Source: a virus. From it: a stretch of DNA of 64,000 bases. Every line of letters begins with the position of its first letter. Position 1 is the first letter of the stretch. A program made the translations under genes and the position numbers. Positions 28,097 through 36,931 of this stretch are shown in pieces. Where the stretch lies: IMG/VR virus record IMGVR_UViG_3300045136_000267; one strand, given 5' to 3'. Below the pieces are notes generated by a model. That model was not told the origin of the DNA. It searched no databases and saw only the letters and a list, made by a program, of their open reading frames with translations.

Positions 28097-28597
28097 ATGG
28101 AGTCGATTATGGACACCTTGACTGATAAAATGTTAAACATCTATTGTACTAATACAAAAGAAGCTCCTTTCGTCAAAACAGCATACGGTCCCCTTCTCTA
28201 TGCGTTAGCTGGCGCTGCTCCTGTTCTTTTAGGTATGTTTGGAGATTATATTTCTTATGGAGTGAAACGCTGGCTTGGGGACCCAAATGTATGGGAAGCC
28301 GAACGTGTGGCTAATTCCTTAGAGGGTCTCCCAGAGCCTTATAAGAGAGCTGCTAGATCTTTTGCTGCTGCTGGAATCAATCCTTTGCAAGCCTTAGGCT
28401 CGGCAGGAATTAATATATTTGATCCAGAAGCATCAATGTTACAAAGTCAAATAGCAAAGGCACAAGGTCAAGCTGCTTTGGAGAATACGCGAATGAATAG
28501 CGCGCTTGCTAAACTGCAATTAGTTAGACAGCTCGCTCCCCAACGTACAGATCCTGTTTCTGAATTTATGACTCTTATGGAAAAGTTAGTGTCATAG
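28097..28597 (+). CDS. virion-candidate membrane protein with K-x-A leader
   Basis: FVKTAY directly followed by GPLLYALAGAAPVLLGMFG; only Cys lies in the leader. Confidence 0.65.
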   Translation: MESIMDTLTDKMLNIYCTNTKEAPFVKTAYGPLLYALAGAAPVLLGMFGDYISYGVKRWLGDPNVWEAERVANSLEGLPEPYKRAARSFAAAGINPLQALGSAGINIFDPEASMLQSQIAKAQGQAALENTRMNSALAKLQLVRQLAPQRTDPVSEFMTLMEKLVS

Positions 28598-28611
28598 AAG
28601 GTAAAAAAATT

Positions 28612-29262
28612 ATGGATAGACATCTGTTAGATAAAATTGACAATGGATGGAAATCTAGTAGATTATTATTTTTTCTCAGCTCTAAGCTGAATCCAGATAA
28701 AGTAGTTAAAACCGCCAGTCTTGTTTCTGACTCTGACGCTGCTAATTCTAAATATATTTGTGAAAAGATATTTGAGCGCTGTGATACTATCGGTGAATTC
28801 TTATTTAGTCATTATATGACTAAAAATGCTGAATACGTAACAATACCAGACTGCGATGATTATGTTAGAAAATCTTTTGCTCATTATATTAAGAACGTTA
28901 AAGAAGCAGGAGGATCCCTAGTCAATGATCCCTTTATCTCTGCTGTCTTGGGTGAGAAGAATGCTAAATACCTGGATAATAGGGTAGACTCTGAAATCAA
29001 GAATAATGAATATGATGGAATGTATCCTGCTTCTGTCTCTAAACTTGCTATGATTAAAGGTGCTTCTGAATCTTTTATTGATGAATGGAAGAAATTAGAG
29101 CCTGCAGATAAACTTGCTACTTTGCTAGGACTGCCTCCTAAGACTTTTCAAAAGAAGGCAGAGGATGAAATACTGCAAGATTTGTTAACTACTGTGGGTA
29201 AATTCTCTAATATTTTAGCTTTCAGTCTAATAGGTACTAAACCTCAAGCAGAAGAGAAATGA
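28612..29262 (+). CDS. K-x-A-rich head-core candidate
   Basis: VKTAS, TKNAE, VKEAG, SKLAM, QKKAE. Confidence 0.6.
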   Translation: MDRHLLDKIDNGWKSSRLLFFLSSKLNPDKVVKTASLVSDSDAANSKYICEKIFERCDTIGEFLFSHYMTKNAEYVTIPDCDDYVRKSFAHYIKNVKEAGGSLVNDPFISAVLGEKNAKYLDNRVDSEIKNNEYDGMYPASVSKLAMIKGASESFIDEWKKLEPADKLATLLGLPPKTFQKKAEDEILQDLLTTVGKFSNILAFSLIGTKPQAEEK

Positions 29263-29798
29263 AGAAATTATCTGAATTAGATTTAAGTCAACTCTTAGCT
29301 GGTACCACTGATGACTCTATAACGATCTCGGAAGGATTGGATATGAAATCCTTTCCTAATGAGAAGATACAATCTCAGTTTCTTTTAGTGCTAATGGATG
29401 CAATTGCAGATAGACTATTTTCTTTGAAAACTAGATATTCAGAAAATGCTATTTTAGCGGCTATCAAGTCAATATTTGAAGATGATCCTAATGAATTGGC
29501 TAAATCATTAATAGAAGAAAACCTAAGTAAAATTCAGGTTGATAGCGAAGGTTCTAATACATCCATTACAAACTATGAAACTTGGGAACAAGTTGATAAA
29601 CCTGGTAAATGGGATAAATTCCTTTTATTTCTAGGAATAGCTCCTTGGTACGCTCCGTCGTTAGAAACTTATTTCGGGGAAGATGAAGATTCCCTAGGTT
29701 TGTTACTGAAATCTATAAATACAGGCTATTTAGATCCACTTGTTTTGAAAGATGAATTAAAAGGCAAATCAGAAGATAATGATTCGAGACTTCAATGA
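29259..29798 (+). CDS. acidic hypothetical protein
   Basis: 179 aa, overlapping start/stop; no Cys. Confidence 0.65.
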   Translation: MKKLSELDLSQLLAGTTDDSITISEGLDMKSFPNEKIQSQFLLVLMDAIADRLFSLKTRYSENAILAAIKSIFEDDPNELAKSLIEENLSKIQVDSEGSNTSITNYETWEQVDKPGKWDKFLLFLGIAPWYAPSLETYFGEDEDSLGLLLKSINTGYLDPLVLKDELKGKSEDNDSRLQ

Positions 29799-29991
29799 GT
29801 TAGAAGAGACGTTGACTGATATTAAATCTAAACTATTGTATACCTATAATTTTAAGAAGTATGGTGGCGATACTTATCTAGCCATAAAAGAAACGTTGAA
29901 GACGTTAAATGATAAGTCTCCAGAAGAAGTTACATCAGAATTAGCTGAAGCATATTGTTATTCCAAAAATGTTAGGAACAATAAGAGCTAG
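29779..29991 (+). CDS. hypothetical protein
   Basis: 70 aa, overlaps both neighbours. Confidence 0.55.
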   Translation: MIRDFNELEETLTDIKSKLLYTYNFKKYGGDTYLAIKETLKTLNDKSPEEVTSELAEAYCYSKNVRNNKS

Positions 29992-30652
29992 GCCCAAAAG
30001 TTCAATTATTATTGTTATCCCTAACTCAGAATTATCCAATTCCTTCTCTGGAATTACGGAGGGTCTTGAAGGTATCTCTGATCTCTGTTCTTGTGACGAT
30101 CCCTTTTCTTCTTTACGTTTATTAGATGAACTAGTAAAAGTAAGACCAGCAACCAGCCTGCTATCAGATCCGTTTGGAAGATTAGGCTTCTTTGGAGATA
30201 TTATTGAACATCCTCCGGAACTATTTAATATATTTCCTAAGATATCTCCTAGGATTAAAGTAATTATTTCCAAGAAGAGACATTTTACTCCTGAGAGTAT
30301 AATTAAAAACCTACTTCCTTTCCCAGATATTATTCCTCCTGTCTTAGCTGATAATGTAAATGCTTCTTTACGTAGTACTACCTTCAAAAATATAAATGGT
30401 AAGAAAGTTTATATTGAGAAAGTAGAAAATGGCAAAGTTTGTGCTGATTTAATTCTAGGAAATGAAGATTCTAAGACTGCTTATCTTGGCATGAAATATG
30501 ATCACGGGAAGCTTTACTTAGCTATTCTCTTAGATATAGCTTCTCCTAAAGATGTCTTATCTAGATTGTCTGTTGACAATGTTAAACTTAAGAAAGTATC
30601 TAAAGAATCTCTTCTTGCTGTACTTAGCAAGTTTTTAAAAGCCAAAACATAA
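29969..30652 (+). CDS. hypothetical protein
   Basis: 227-aa ORF within operon. Confidence 0.65.
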   Translation: MLGTIRARPKSSIIIVIPNSELSNSFSGITEGLEGISDLCSCDDPFSSLRLLDELVKVRPATSLLSDPFGRLGFFGDIIEHPPELFNIFPKISPRIKVIISKKRHFTPESIIKNLLPFPDIIPPVLADNVNASLRSTTFKNINGKKVYIEKVENGKVCADLILGNEDSKTAYLGMKYDHGKLYLAILLDIASPKDVLSRLSVDNVKLKKVSKESLLAVLSKFLKAKT

Positions 30653-30690
30653 ACTAGAAATTTAATATCTTTTGGAATAATATATTACGT

Positions 30691-32427
30691 ATGCCTACCC
30701 CTGAGTCTTTAATCACACTAGGTACACCATCTACTTTAGGAACACCTTCTACTACAGGAATAGGTGTACTAGACTCTTTGTATTCTCTCTATAGAGCAGT
30801 AGCACCCTTGGCTAGCGTATTTCTGTCTGGTCAAGGGATGATGCATGTAGCACCAGATCAATCTGTAGGGGATCAAATCCAAAGACTTACTGCTCATAGA
30901 AGATCTTATGAATCTATAAAAAGGCTTCTCCCCAGTGAAATCGATGATATGAAAAATGCCATTAGAGGATTATTGATTTCCTCTGGAGTTGATAGATCAA
31001 CACTTGTACCAGGTTCTCCCGTTGAAGAGCACATAGATAGACTAGCAAGATTATTTGAAAAAGTATATCCGTTACTATTTTTCGCATATCCTAGTGCTAT
31101 TAAAGTTATAAATCCTAGATCTAAATTATTTTTAGCTAATTCATTAAATAAAGTCTTTGAAAGACTCACACCTTTCGCTTCACCAGAAGAATTAGCAGAT
31201 TTAGCAGCATCTGCTGCCACTAAAATTCTTTCAAATCCTAAATATCATCAAGGATTAGATGCTCACGAAATAGCAGAAGTTGCAGAAAAGGCTGTTAAAT
31301 TCGGTTTAGTAAGACTTGGTTCCGGTCAGCAATTTACAGATGATTTAATAGATACTATTGCAATAGTAGCTCCTGTCAGAGAAGAAGCTCTGCGTCGTGG
31401 TGGTCAGTTTTCTATTGAGAATGCTTTATCTCTAGCTAATCAAGTAGCACAGCAATTTCCTTCTGCTTCTCTTAGAGATATTGCTGTAGAAATTAGACGT
31501 AGATTTGAACTAGATGCTGCTGGAGGTGAATATAGATCTTTGACCTTAGATCCACAAGCAGCCTCCTATATTCGCCAATCTGGTGTACCAGTAGAAAAGC
31601 TGGAAAAGCAGCATGAAGAACTCAAGGAAAATGCAGTAAATTCTTACATGGGTTCTGCTATAGGGGCTATTGCTAAGGCTGTAAGAACTGGAATGGTATC
31701 TCCGAATAGTCCTGCTGGTAGGATATATCAAAATATTCAAGCTGGAGGAGTTCCTCCTATGATCTATCCACAGCATGCTTTTGAAGTTCTTGTTTCTTCT
31801 GGAATTGCCCCTGGTGTAGCTTCTATTATGTTATCGTCTCCAGAAGAAAATTCTCATTGGTTAACACCTAATGATGTCCAAGCTATAAGAAGAATGCAGA
31901 TGCAAGTAGATTGGATGCCTAGATTTCAAGCTATAGCAGCCTCTTTCCCTGGTAACGATCCCCAATCCAGAGCAGTGAGAGAAGCGATGCTATCAAAAGT
32001 AGTAGCAGATGGTGGTTATAAAAACATATACCATTTCTTAGCTCTACACGGTCCTGTATTGCAATCTATGCCACAGATCAGAGAGGTAGTAACTAGATCT
32101 GCAGTAAATAAAATGGAGCTAGCTGGTTATGATAATGCTAGCTGGGGTGGACCTGCCCGTGGAATGGCAGCATTACAAGATATCGGCTCCGGTAAGCGAG
32201 AACAGAAATTCTCCGTAGGGGATTTGGCTAGTACTGTATTCCAATTTTACAGACAACCCAAAGGACTAGATATAAACCTAGGATTGGCGACTCCTACTCC
32301 AGCTACGGAAATTAAACCTATAGATGTAATGGAAAGAAGAGATAGTATTTCTATAAGAGAAGATTCAATGCCAGAACCTGTTCTGTCAGATTTTTCTTCT
32401 ATAGGGAGATCCTTGAGTAGCGATTAA
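30691..32427 (+). CDS. Cys-free helical virion-candidate protein
   Basis: 578 aa, Ala-rich, no Cys; directly upstream of the ligase. Confidence 0.7.
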   Translation: MPTPESLITLGTPSTLGTPSTTGIGVLDSLYSLYRAVAPLASVFLSGQGMMHVAPDQSVGDQIQRLTAHRRSYESIKRLLPSEIDDMKNAIRGLLISSGVDRSTLVPGSPVEEHIDRLARLFEKVYPLLFFAYPSAIKVINPRSKLFLANSLNKVFERLTPFASPEELADLAASAATKILSNPKYHQGLDAHEIAEVAEKAVKFGLVRLGSGQQFTDDLIDTIAIVAPVREEALRRGGQFSIENALSLANQVAQQFPSASLRDIAVEIRRRFELDAAGGEYRSLTLDPQAASYIRQSGVPVEKLEKQHEELKENAVNSYMGSAIGAIAKAVRTGMVSPNSPAGRIYQNIQAGGVPPMIYPQHAFEVLVSSGIAPGVASIMLSSPEENSHWLTPNDVQAIRRMQMQVDWMPRFQAIAASFPGNDPQSRAVREAMLSKVVADGGYKNIYHFLALHGPVLQSMPQIREVVTRSAVNKMELAGYDNASWGGPARGMAALQDIGSGKREQKFSVGDLASTVFQFYRQPKGLDINLGLATPTPATEIKPIDVMERRDSISIREDSMPEPVLSDFSSIGRSLSSD

Positions 32428-32429
32428 TT

Positions 32430-34724
32430 ATGCCTCCATTTGCTGTTGGTATCCCAGATAAAGCAAATTATGGAAATATTAAAGCATTACAAGAAGGAAA
32501 CTTCTACGATCTAGTATTACAAGAACATGACGCTGAACGCGCCGGCAAACATTATGACTTTAGATTAGGAAATTCTGATATTGGTTTATTATCTTGGGCT
32601 ATACCTTCTGCAAAATTACCGGCGCCTGGGGAAAAAGTATTAGCTATCCAGCAACCTCTTCATTCCTACGATTACAGAACCTTTGTAGGAGAAATACCTT
32701 CTGGTTATGGTAAAGGTAACGTATCTCTAGCTTATTCTGGTAATGCTCTCGTTACGGCCATAGATCCTGATAAAAAGAGAATTTACTTCACCATTGCTTC
32801 TGATAGACATCCACGTAAATTCATATTACTAAAACCTGATACAGATAAATACGGTAAGGATGCTTGGCTATTAATTAATATCACTCCAAATAAGCCACTT
32901 CCTTATGCCAAGGTAAAATACCCCGTTATTGACAAAAAGAAGTTACAACAACTATTAGAGAAAGAAGACTATTTAGTTGCAGAACCTAAGATTGACGGTG
33001 CTCTTGGTTTAGTTCAACTAGGCGACAAAGGATTAGAAATCTTTGGGCATAGAATTTCCAGAGTTACAGGATACCCTATCCAATATACGGATAAGATATT
33101 CAAGACTAAACCTACTCTGAACCTTCCATTAAAGTATGCAGGAAGTATTCTGCGGGGTGAAGTTTATGCCGTAAAGACTTTACCAGACGGCTCAGAAGTA
33201 GTTGTAGAACCACAAATACTTAGTGCAGTATTAAATTCTTCTGTAAAGAATGCTTGGGATAGATTAAGAGATCTCGGTCTTAAACTTAAGATAGGATTAT
33301 TTGATATCACAAATTATGGTGGAAATCATTTAGATCCAGAAACAGTTGACTATCCCGCTAGACGTAAGATGTTACTAGAAATCTTACAATATTTACCTAA
33401 AGATACTTTTACAGTAATTCCTTATGTAGATAAGAAAGAGGACATCCTGAAATTACTCCAGGAAATAGAATCTGGGCAACATCCTCTTACAAAAGAGGGA
33501 ATAGTTGTCTACAGAAGGTATGGTTATCCATACAAATATAAAATAAGACCTGAAGAAGATGTATATATAAAAAGAATTATTCCAGGACTAGGGAAATATT
33601 CAGATTCTGCTGGTGCTTTTGAATATAGCTACACCCCTGACGGCCCTGTAGTAGGTACAGTAGGAACTGGATTTTCTGATGAATTCAGAAAATTCATGAT
33701 GGAAAATGTTGAATCTCTAGTAGGAAGACGAGCTAGGGTAACTTATCAAGAGAAGTTTCCTTCTGGCGCCTTGAGAGCCCCTTCTTTCATTGCTTTGCAC
33801 GAAGACTATCCTACAGTTCAAGAAAAGCAGGCAAGTTTTGTTCTACCAGAAGAAGATGAGAAATGGTTATTAGCCATAGACATTCTAAAGAAAGTAGATA
33901 ATTTTATTAAGAAAGGAGATGCTTCTTCTTATCTAGATATCCCTGTTTTAGAATTACCTGTTAAAGTCTATAACAATATTCAGAAGATATTAGGTGGACC
34001 TAATCCATTAACTGCTATGGCTTTAGATGCTCTTATCGGAATGGCATTAGGAGATCTAGCTGGTAGAACTTTGGAATTTGCTTTTCCTAGATTCTTTGCA
34101 GATAGCAAATTCAGAAAAAGGCTTTGGTTAGCTGGTTCTCTATTAGGTGCTTCTTTACCATTTTATATCCACGGAATTCAAAATCTCAGTACACACGGAT
34201 TAAAAGGTCTTTTAACTCCTTCTCCAATCCAAGAGGCACTGACTAAATCTGCTATTGATTATCATGCTAAGAAACTTCGAGTACTTGCTGAAGATTTAAC
34301 AGGAAAGAAAATAATAGATGATATAAATCCTGAATTCATAAAAGAAGCTTCTGTTAAATTAGCTGCTAAATTTGATGTATCTGAATGGGGTAAGACAGTA
34401 TTAGATACTGATTTATCTCCCTGGGAGAAAACTCTGTTAGTAACTGTGCCATTAACAGCTTCTATGTATAGAGGTTCTGATTGGGTAACTCCTGTTGATG
34501 TTGCTAAAGTATCTGCTAATATGGAATTAGGATCATTGTTCGGTAGGCTATTAGGTGATTTAGCCGTACCTATACTAGGTTTACCCAGGGATGTTAAAGA
34601 AGATCTACAAAGAACAGGTCGCCTTACTGGATTATTAAAAGGTTTTACTGGATCTGTTAAGAACGTATTATTAAATACTGGAGATAAGACTTATGACGAA
34701 ATCGGGAAAGCGCTACAAATTTAG
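32430..34724 (+). CDS. LigD-type 3'-phosphoesterase + ATP-dependent DNA ligase + C-terminal K-x-A/hydrophobic extension
   Basis: PE: QEHDAERAGKHYDFRL, SWAIP, LAIQQPLHSYDY, GEIPSGYGKG; ligase: EPKIDG, LRGEVY, LFDI, EGIVV, YKYK, VGTGFSD, LRAPSF. Confidence 0.9.
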   Translation: MPPFAVGIPDKANYGNIKALQEGNFYDLVLQEHDAERAGKHYDFRLGNSDIGLLSWAIPSAKLPAPGEKVLAIQQPLHSYDYRTFVGEIPSGYGKGNVSLAYSGNALVTAIDPDKKRIYFTIASDRHPRKFILLKPDTDKYGKDAWLLINITPNKPLPYAKVKYPVIDKKKLQQLLEKEDYLVAEPKIDGALGLVQLGDKGLEIFGHRISRVTGYPIQYTDKIFKTKPTLNLPLKYAGSILRGEVYAVKTLPDGSEVVVEPQILSAVLNSSVKNAWDRLRDLGLKLKIGLFDITNYGGNHLDPETVDYPARRKMLLEILQYLPKDTFTVIPYVDKKEDILKLLQEIESGQHPLTKEGIVVYRRYGYPYKYKIRPEEDVYIKRIIPGLGKYSDSAGAFEYSYTPDGPVVGTVGTGFSDEFRKFMMENVESLVGRRARVTYQEKFPSGALRAPSFIALHEDYPTVQEKQASFVLPEEDEKWLLAIDILKKVDNFIKKGDASSYLDIPVLELPVKVYNNIQKILGGPNPLTAMALDALIGMALGDLAGRTLEFAFPRFFADSKFRKRLWLAGSLLGASLPFYIHGIQNLSTHGLKGLLTPSPIQEALTKSAIDYHAKKLRVLAEDLTGKKIIDDINPEFIKEASVKLAAKFDVSEWGKTVLDTDLSPWEKTLLVTVPLTASMYRGSDWVTPVDVAKVSANMELGSLFGRLLGDLAVPILGLPRDVKEDLQRTGRLTGLLKGFTGSVKNVLLNTGDKTYDEIGKALQI

Positions 34725-35202
34725 AAATTATGAATTTTGGGCTGCTGATGGTGTTATTGCTATCCTAGATACATCTAAAGCTGGTAGTTCTAGGGAAAGC
34801 GTAGAGAATGCTACTAAATATGTATTTATCAGTGATTTTATCAAAAATGTGATAGCAGCCTACGGTATTCATTCAGCTATTGATCGGCGAGAAGCTAAGA
34901 AGATGTTAGAAGACGCTATGGAATGTGTTAAAGAAGCTAATAAGAAAGGGGATATTTCCAATCCCAAGATTTTACAGCAGAAACTAGAAGATAGTAGACC
35001 AGTTAAACTTTCTATGGCTAATTACGGTCCTAGTAGAATCTTTCCTTCTGCTAGTCCTAGACCTTTGTTTGAAAGTAATTTGCTAGGACCTTCTGGCAAA
35101 GCTTTCATGAGAAAAATATACGAATTAAGAGCATCGAATTCTGCTAACGTAGATGATATTTTTCTAAATGGAATAGATTACAATACGGTAATTACGGAGT
35201 AA
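34693..35202 (+). CDS. hypothetical protein
   Basis: 169 aa in operon. Confidence 0.65.
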   Translation: MTKSGKRYKFRNYEFWAADGVIAILDTSKAGSSRESVENATKYVFISDFIKNVIAAYGIHSAIDRREAKKMLEDAMECVKEANKKGDISNPKILQQKLEDSRPVKLSMANYGPSRIFPSASPRPLFESNLLGPSGKAFMRKIYELRASNSANVDDIFLNGIDYNTVITE

Positions 35203-35205
35203 TAC

Positions 35206-35586
35206 ATGCCTAATCCTACGAATACGCCCACCCCTGTTATAGATCATATTAGTAACTTCCTATATACTGCTATTCCAACGTCAGCTAGCTATGTAGCGAG
35301 CTACTTTCCCATAATTCATAATTTATCTGGTACCGCAATCGGTAATGCATTAGCTAATATCAGGAATACTTTTGGTTTAAGTTTTCCTTCTGTAAAGAGA
35401 AGCAAAATAATAGCCAAGGAAGTAGCACTTGCACAAAACAAGGCGAGTCTAGAAACAGCTAAAAAGCTACTTAGAGAAGAGATAAATAAATCATTAGAGT
35501 TGATAAGAAATAATAAGACCTCTGACGAAGAAGAGCAACAGACTAAATCTGCTAGTTTCTATATTAAACAGAACAAATACTTGTAA
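35206..35586 (+). CDS. virion-candidate protein
   Basis: C-terminal QTKSASF; no Cys. Confidence 0.6.
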   Translation: MPNPTNTPTPVIDHISNFLYTAIPTSASYVASYFPIIHNLSGTAIGNALANIRNTFGLSFPSVKRSKIIAKEVALAQNKASLETAKKLLREEINKSLELIRNNKTSDEEEQQTKSASFYIKQNKYL

Positions 35587-35588
35587 TC

Positions 35589-35984
35589 ATGGATGAAAAC
35601 TTCCTGAATATGCCTTTTGACCCCACTTTAGGGGGCAAGGATATATTACCTCCTTCTTTTGACACCAAATTTAAAGGTGAGCAGGATCCTAGACATGGTG
35701 GTGTATTATCTTGGCCTGGTATAGAAGGAATACCATTTAGAGGTCCAGTAGTTGACTTAAAAGAAGAAGAACGAAATAGACTCGTATTAGTCAATGATTT
35801 TAAATGTCAAACTTTTGACTTGAGTCAGCCAGAAGATAAAGAATATTATAATTGGGTTATGGATAGAATTTGTAATGGTTTATTTAAATGTCTGTATATC
35901 AATAGAATGTGGAATAATGAACATAAAACTATGTTAGTATATGTAGAATGGGTTCAATCCTACTACGAGCACAGGGATAAATAA
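35589..35984 (+). CDS. hypothetical protein
   Basis: 131 aa; Trp/Tyr-rich C-half. Confidence 0.65.
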   Translation: MDENFLNMPFDPTLGGKDILPPSFDTKFKGEQDPRHGGVLSWPGIEGIPFRGPVVDLKEEERNRLVLVNDFKCQTFDLSQPEDKEYYNWVMDRICNGLFKCLYINRMWNNEHKTMLVYVEWVQSYYEHRDK

Positions 35985-36929
35985 ATGTTAGGTGGTCTTA
36001 GTTTTACAGCTAAAAACTTGGTTCCACTAATAATTACAGGTGGACTCTTTACATACGTTCTTAACGACTATCAAAAGCGTAAAAGAAAATCTAGTATAAG
36101 TAAAGAAGTATCTTACGATATTGATGCAGAATATCTTGAAGACTTATACGGAGTCGATATTCCTACTATTGATGAATTTACTAATATAGAAACTAATTCT
36201 TTATCCAAGAAAGGGTCATTTGATTTTTGGCCGTTTAGAAAGCCCAGTCTGTTTGAGAGTCTATTATCTAATGCAGACAGTTATGTTCTTAAAATGATTT
36301 TACCTATAACTATAGTAGGTGGAGCTGCCGCTTTATTCGGTTATTTCAAGAATAAAAAAGATTACGAGAATATTAAAGCAGAATCTAAGGAAGTAGAAAA
36401 AGAATTAGATGAAGTATTAACTAATACTTGGCTTCTAGCTAAAGAACGTCAAAAGTTATCTAAGAAAGCTACTTGGCAAGCAGCATTACTTCCGCTAGCT
36501 ACTATAGCAAGTGTTATCGCATCTCCTTTTATAACTTCTAAGATTATGGATTGGACTGGAGGATACGGTGCTTTATTAAGAATGTATCTCTTAGGTAATA
36601 CTATAGGCAAAGCGCAAGAAACTTATGCTGCTAAGACTAAAGAAGTGGAATCTGATGAAGATATGATTGAAAGCTATGCTCAGATTGCTGGTACTAGACT
36701 AAGTGATGTGCAAGCTCTAAACAAATTCTCTATTAGCTTGATGAAGAAATTGAATAGATTAGCAGCAATGGAATCTTCTCCACAGAAAAATACCAGAAGA
36801 ACTCCTATAGTCAAGAATTTTACTCCCGAGAATAAACTCGAATCTGAGCATAAGCTAGAAGAAACTGCTACTAAAGAACATAAATCTTCTGTCAGCCTTG
36901 AAGAATTATTTAATGAACAGAAAATTTAA
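35985..36929 (+). CDS. Cys-free virion candidate with several hydrophobic segments
   Basis: three hydrophobic segments; SKKGSF and SKKATW. Confidence 0.65.
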   Translation: MLGGLSFTAKNLVPLIITGGLFTYVLNDYQKRKRKSSISKEVSYDIDAEYLEDLYGVDIPTIDEFTNIETNSLSKKGSFDFWPFRKPSLFESLLSNADSYVLKMILPITIVGGAAALFGYFKNKKDYENIKAESKEVEKELDEVLTNTWLLAKERQKLSKKATWQAALLPLATIASVIASPFITSKIMDWTGGYGALLRMYLLGNTIGKAQETYAAKTKEVESDEDMIESYAQIAGTRLSDVQALNKFSISLMKKLNRLAAMESSPQKNTRRTPIVKNFTPENKLESEHKLEETATKEHKSSVSLEELFNEQKI

Positions 36930-36931
36930 TT

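Noticed and set aside
30691-32427. Tape measure protein call
   Set aside because: No periodic aromatic repeat, short for a large phage, and not beside tail genes; left unassigned
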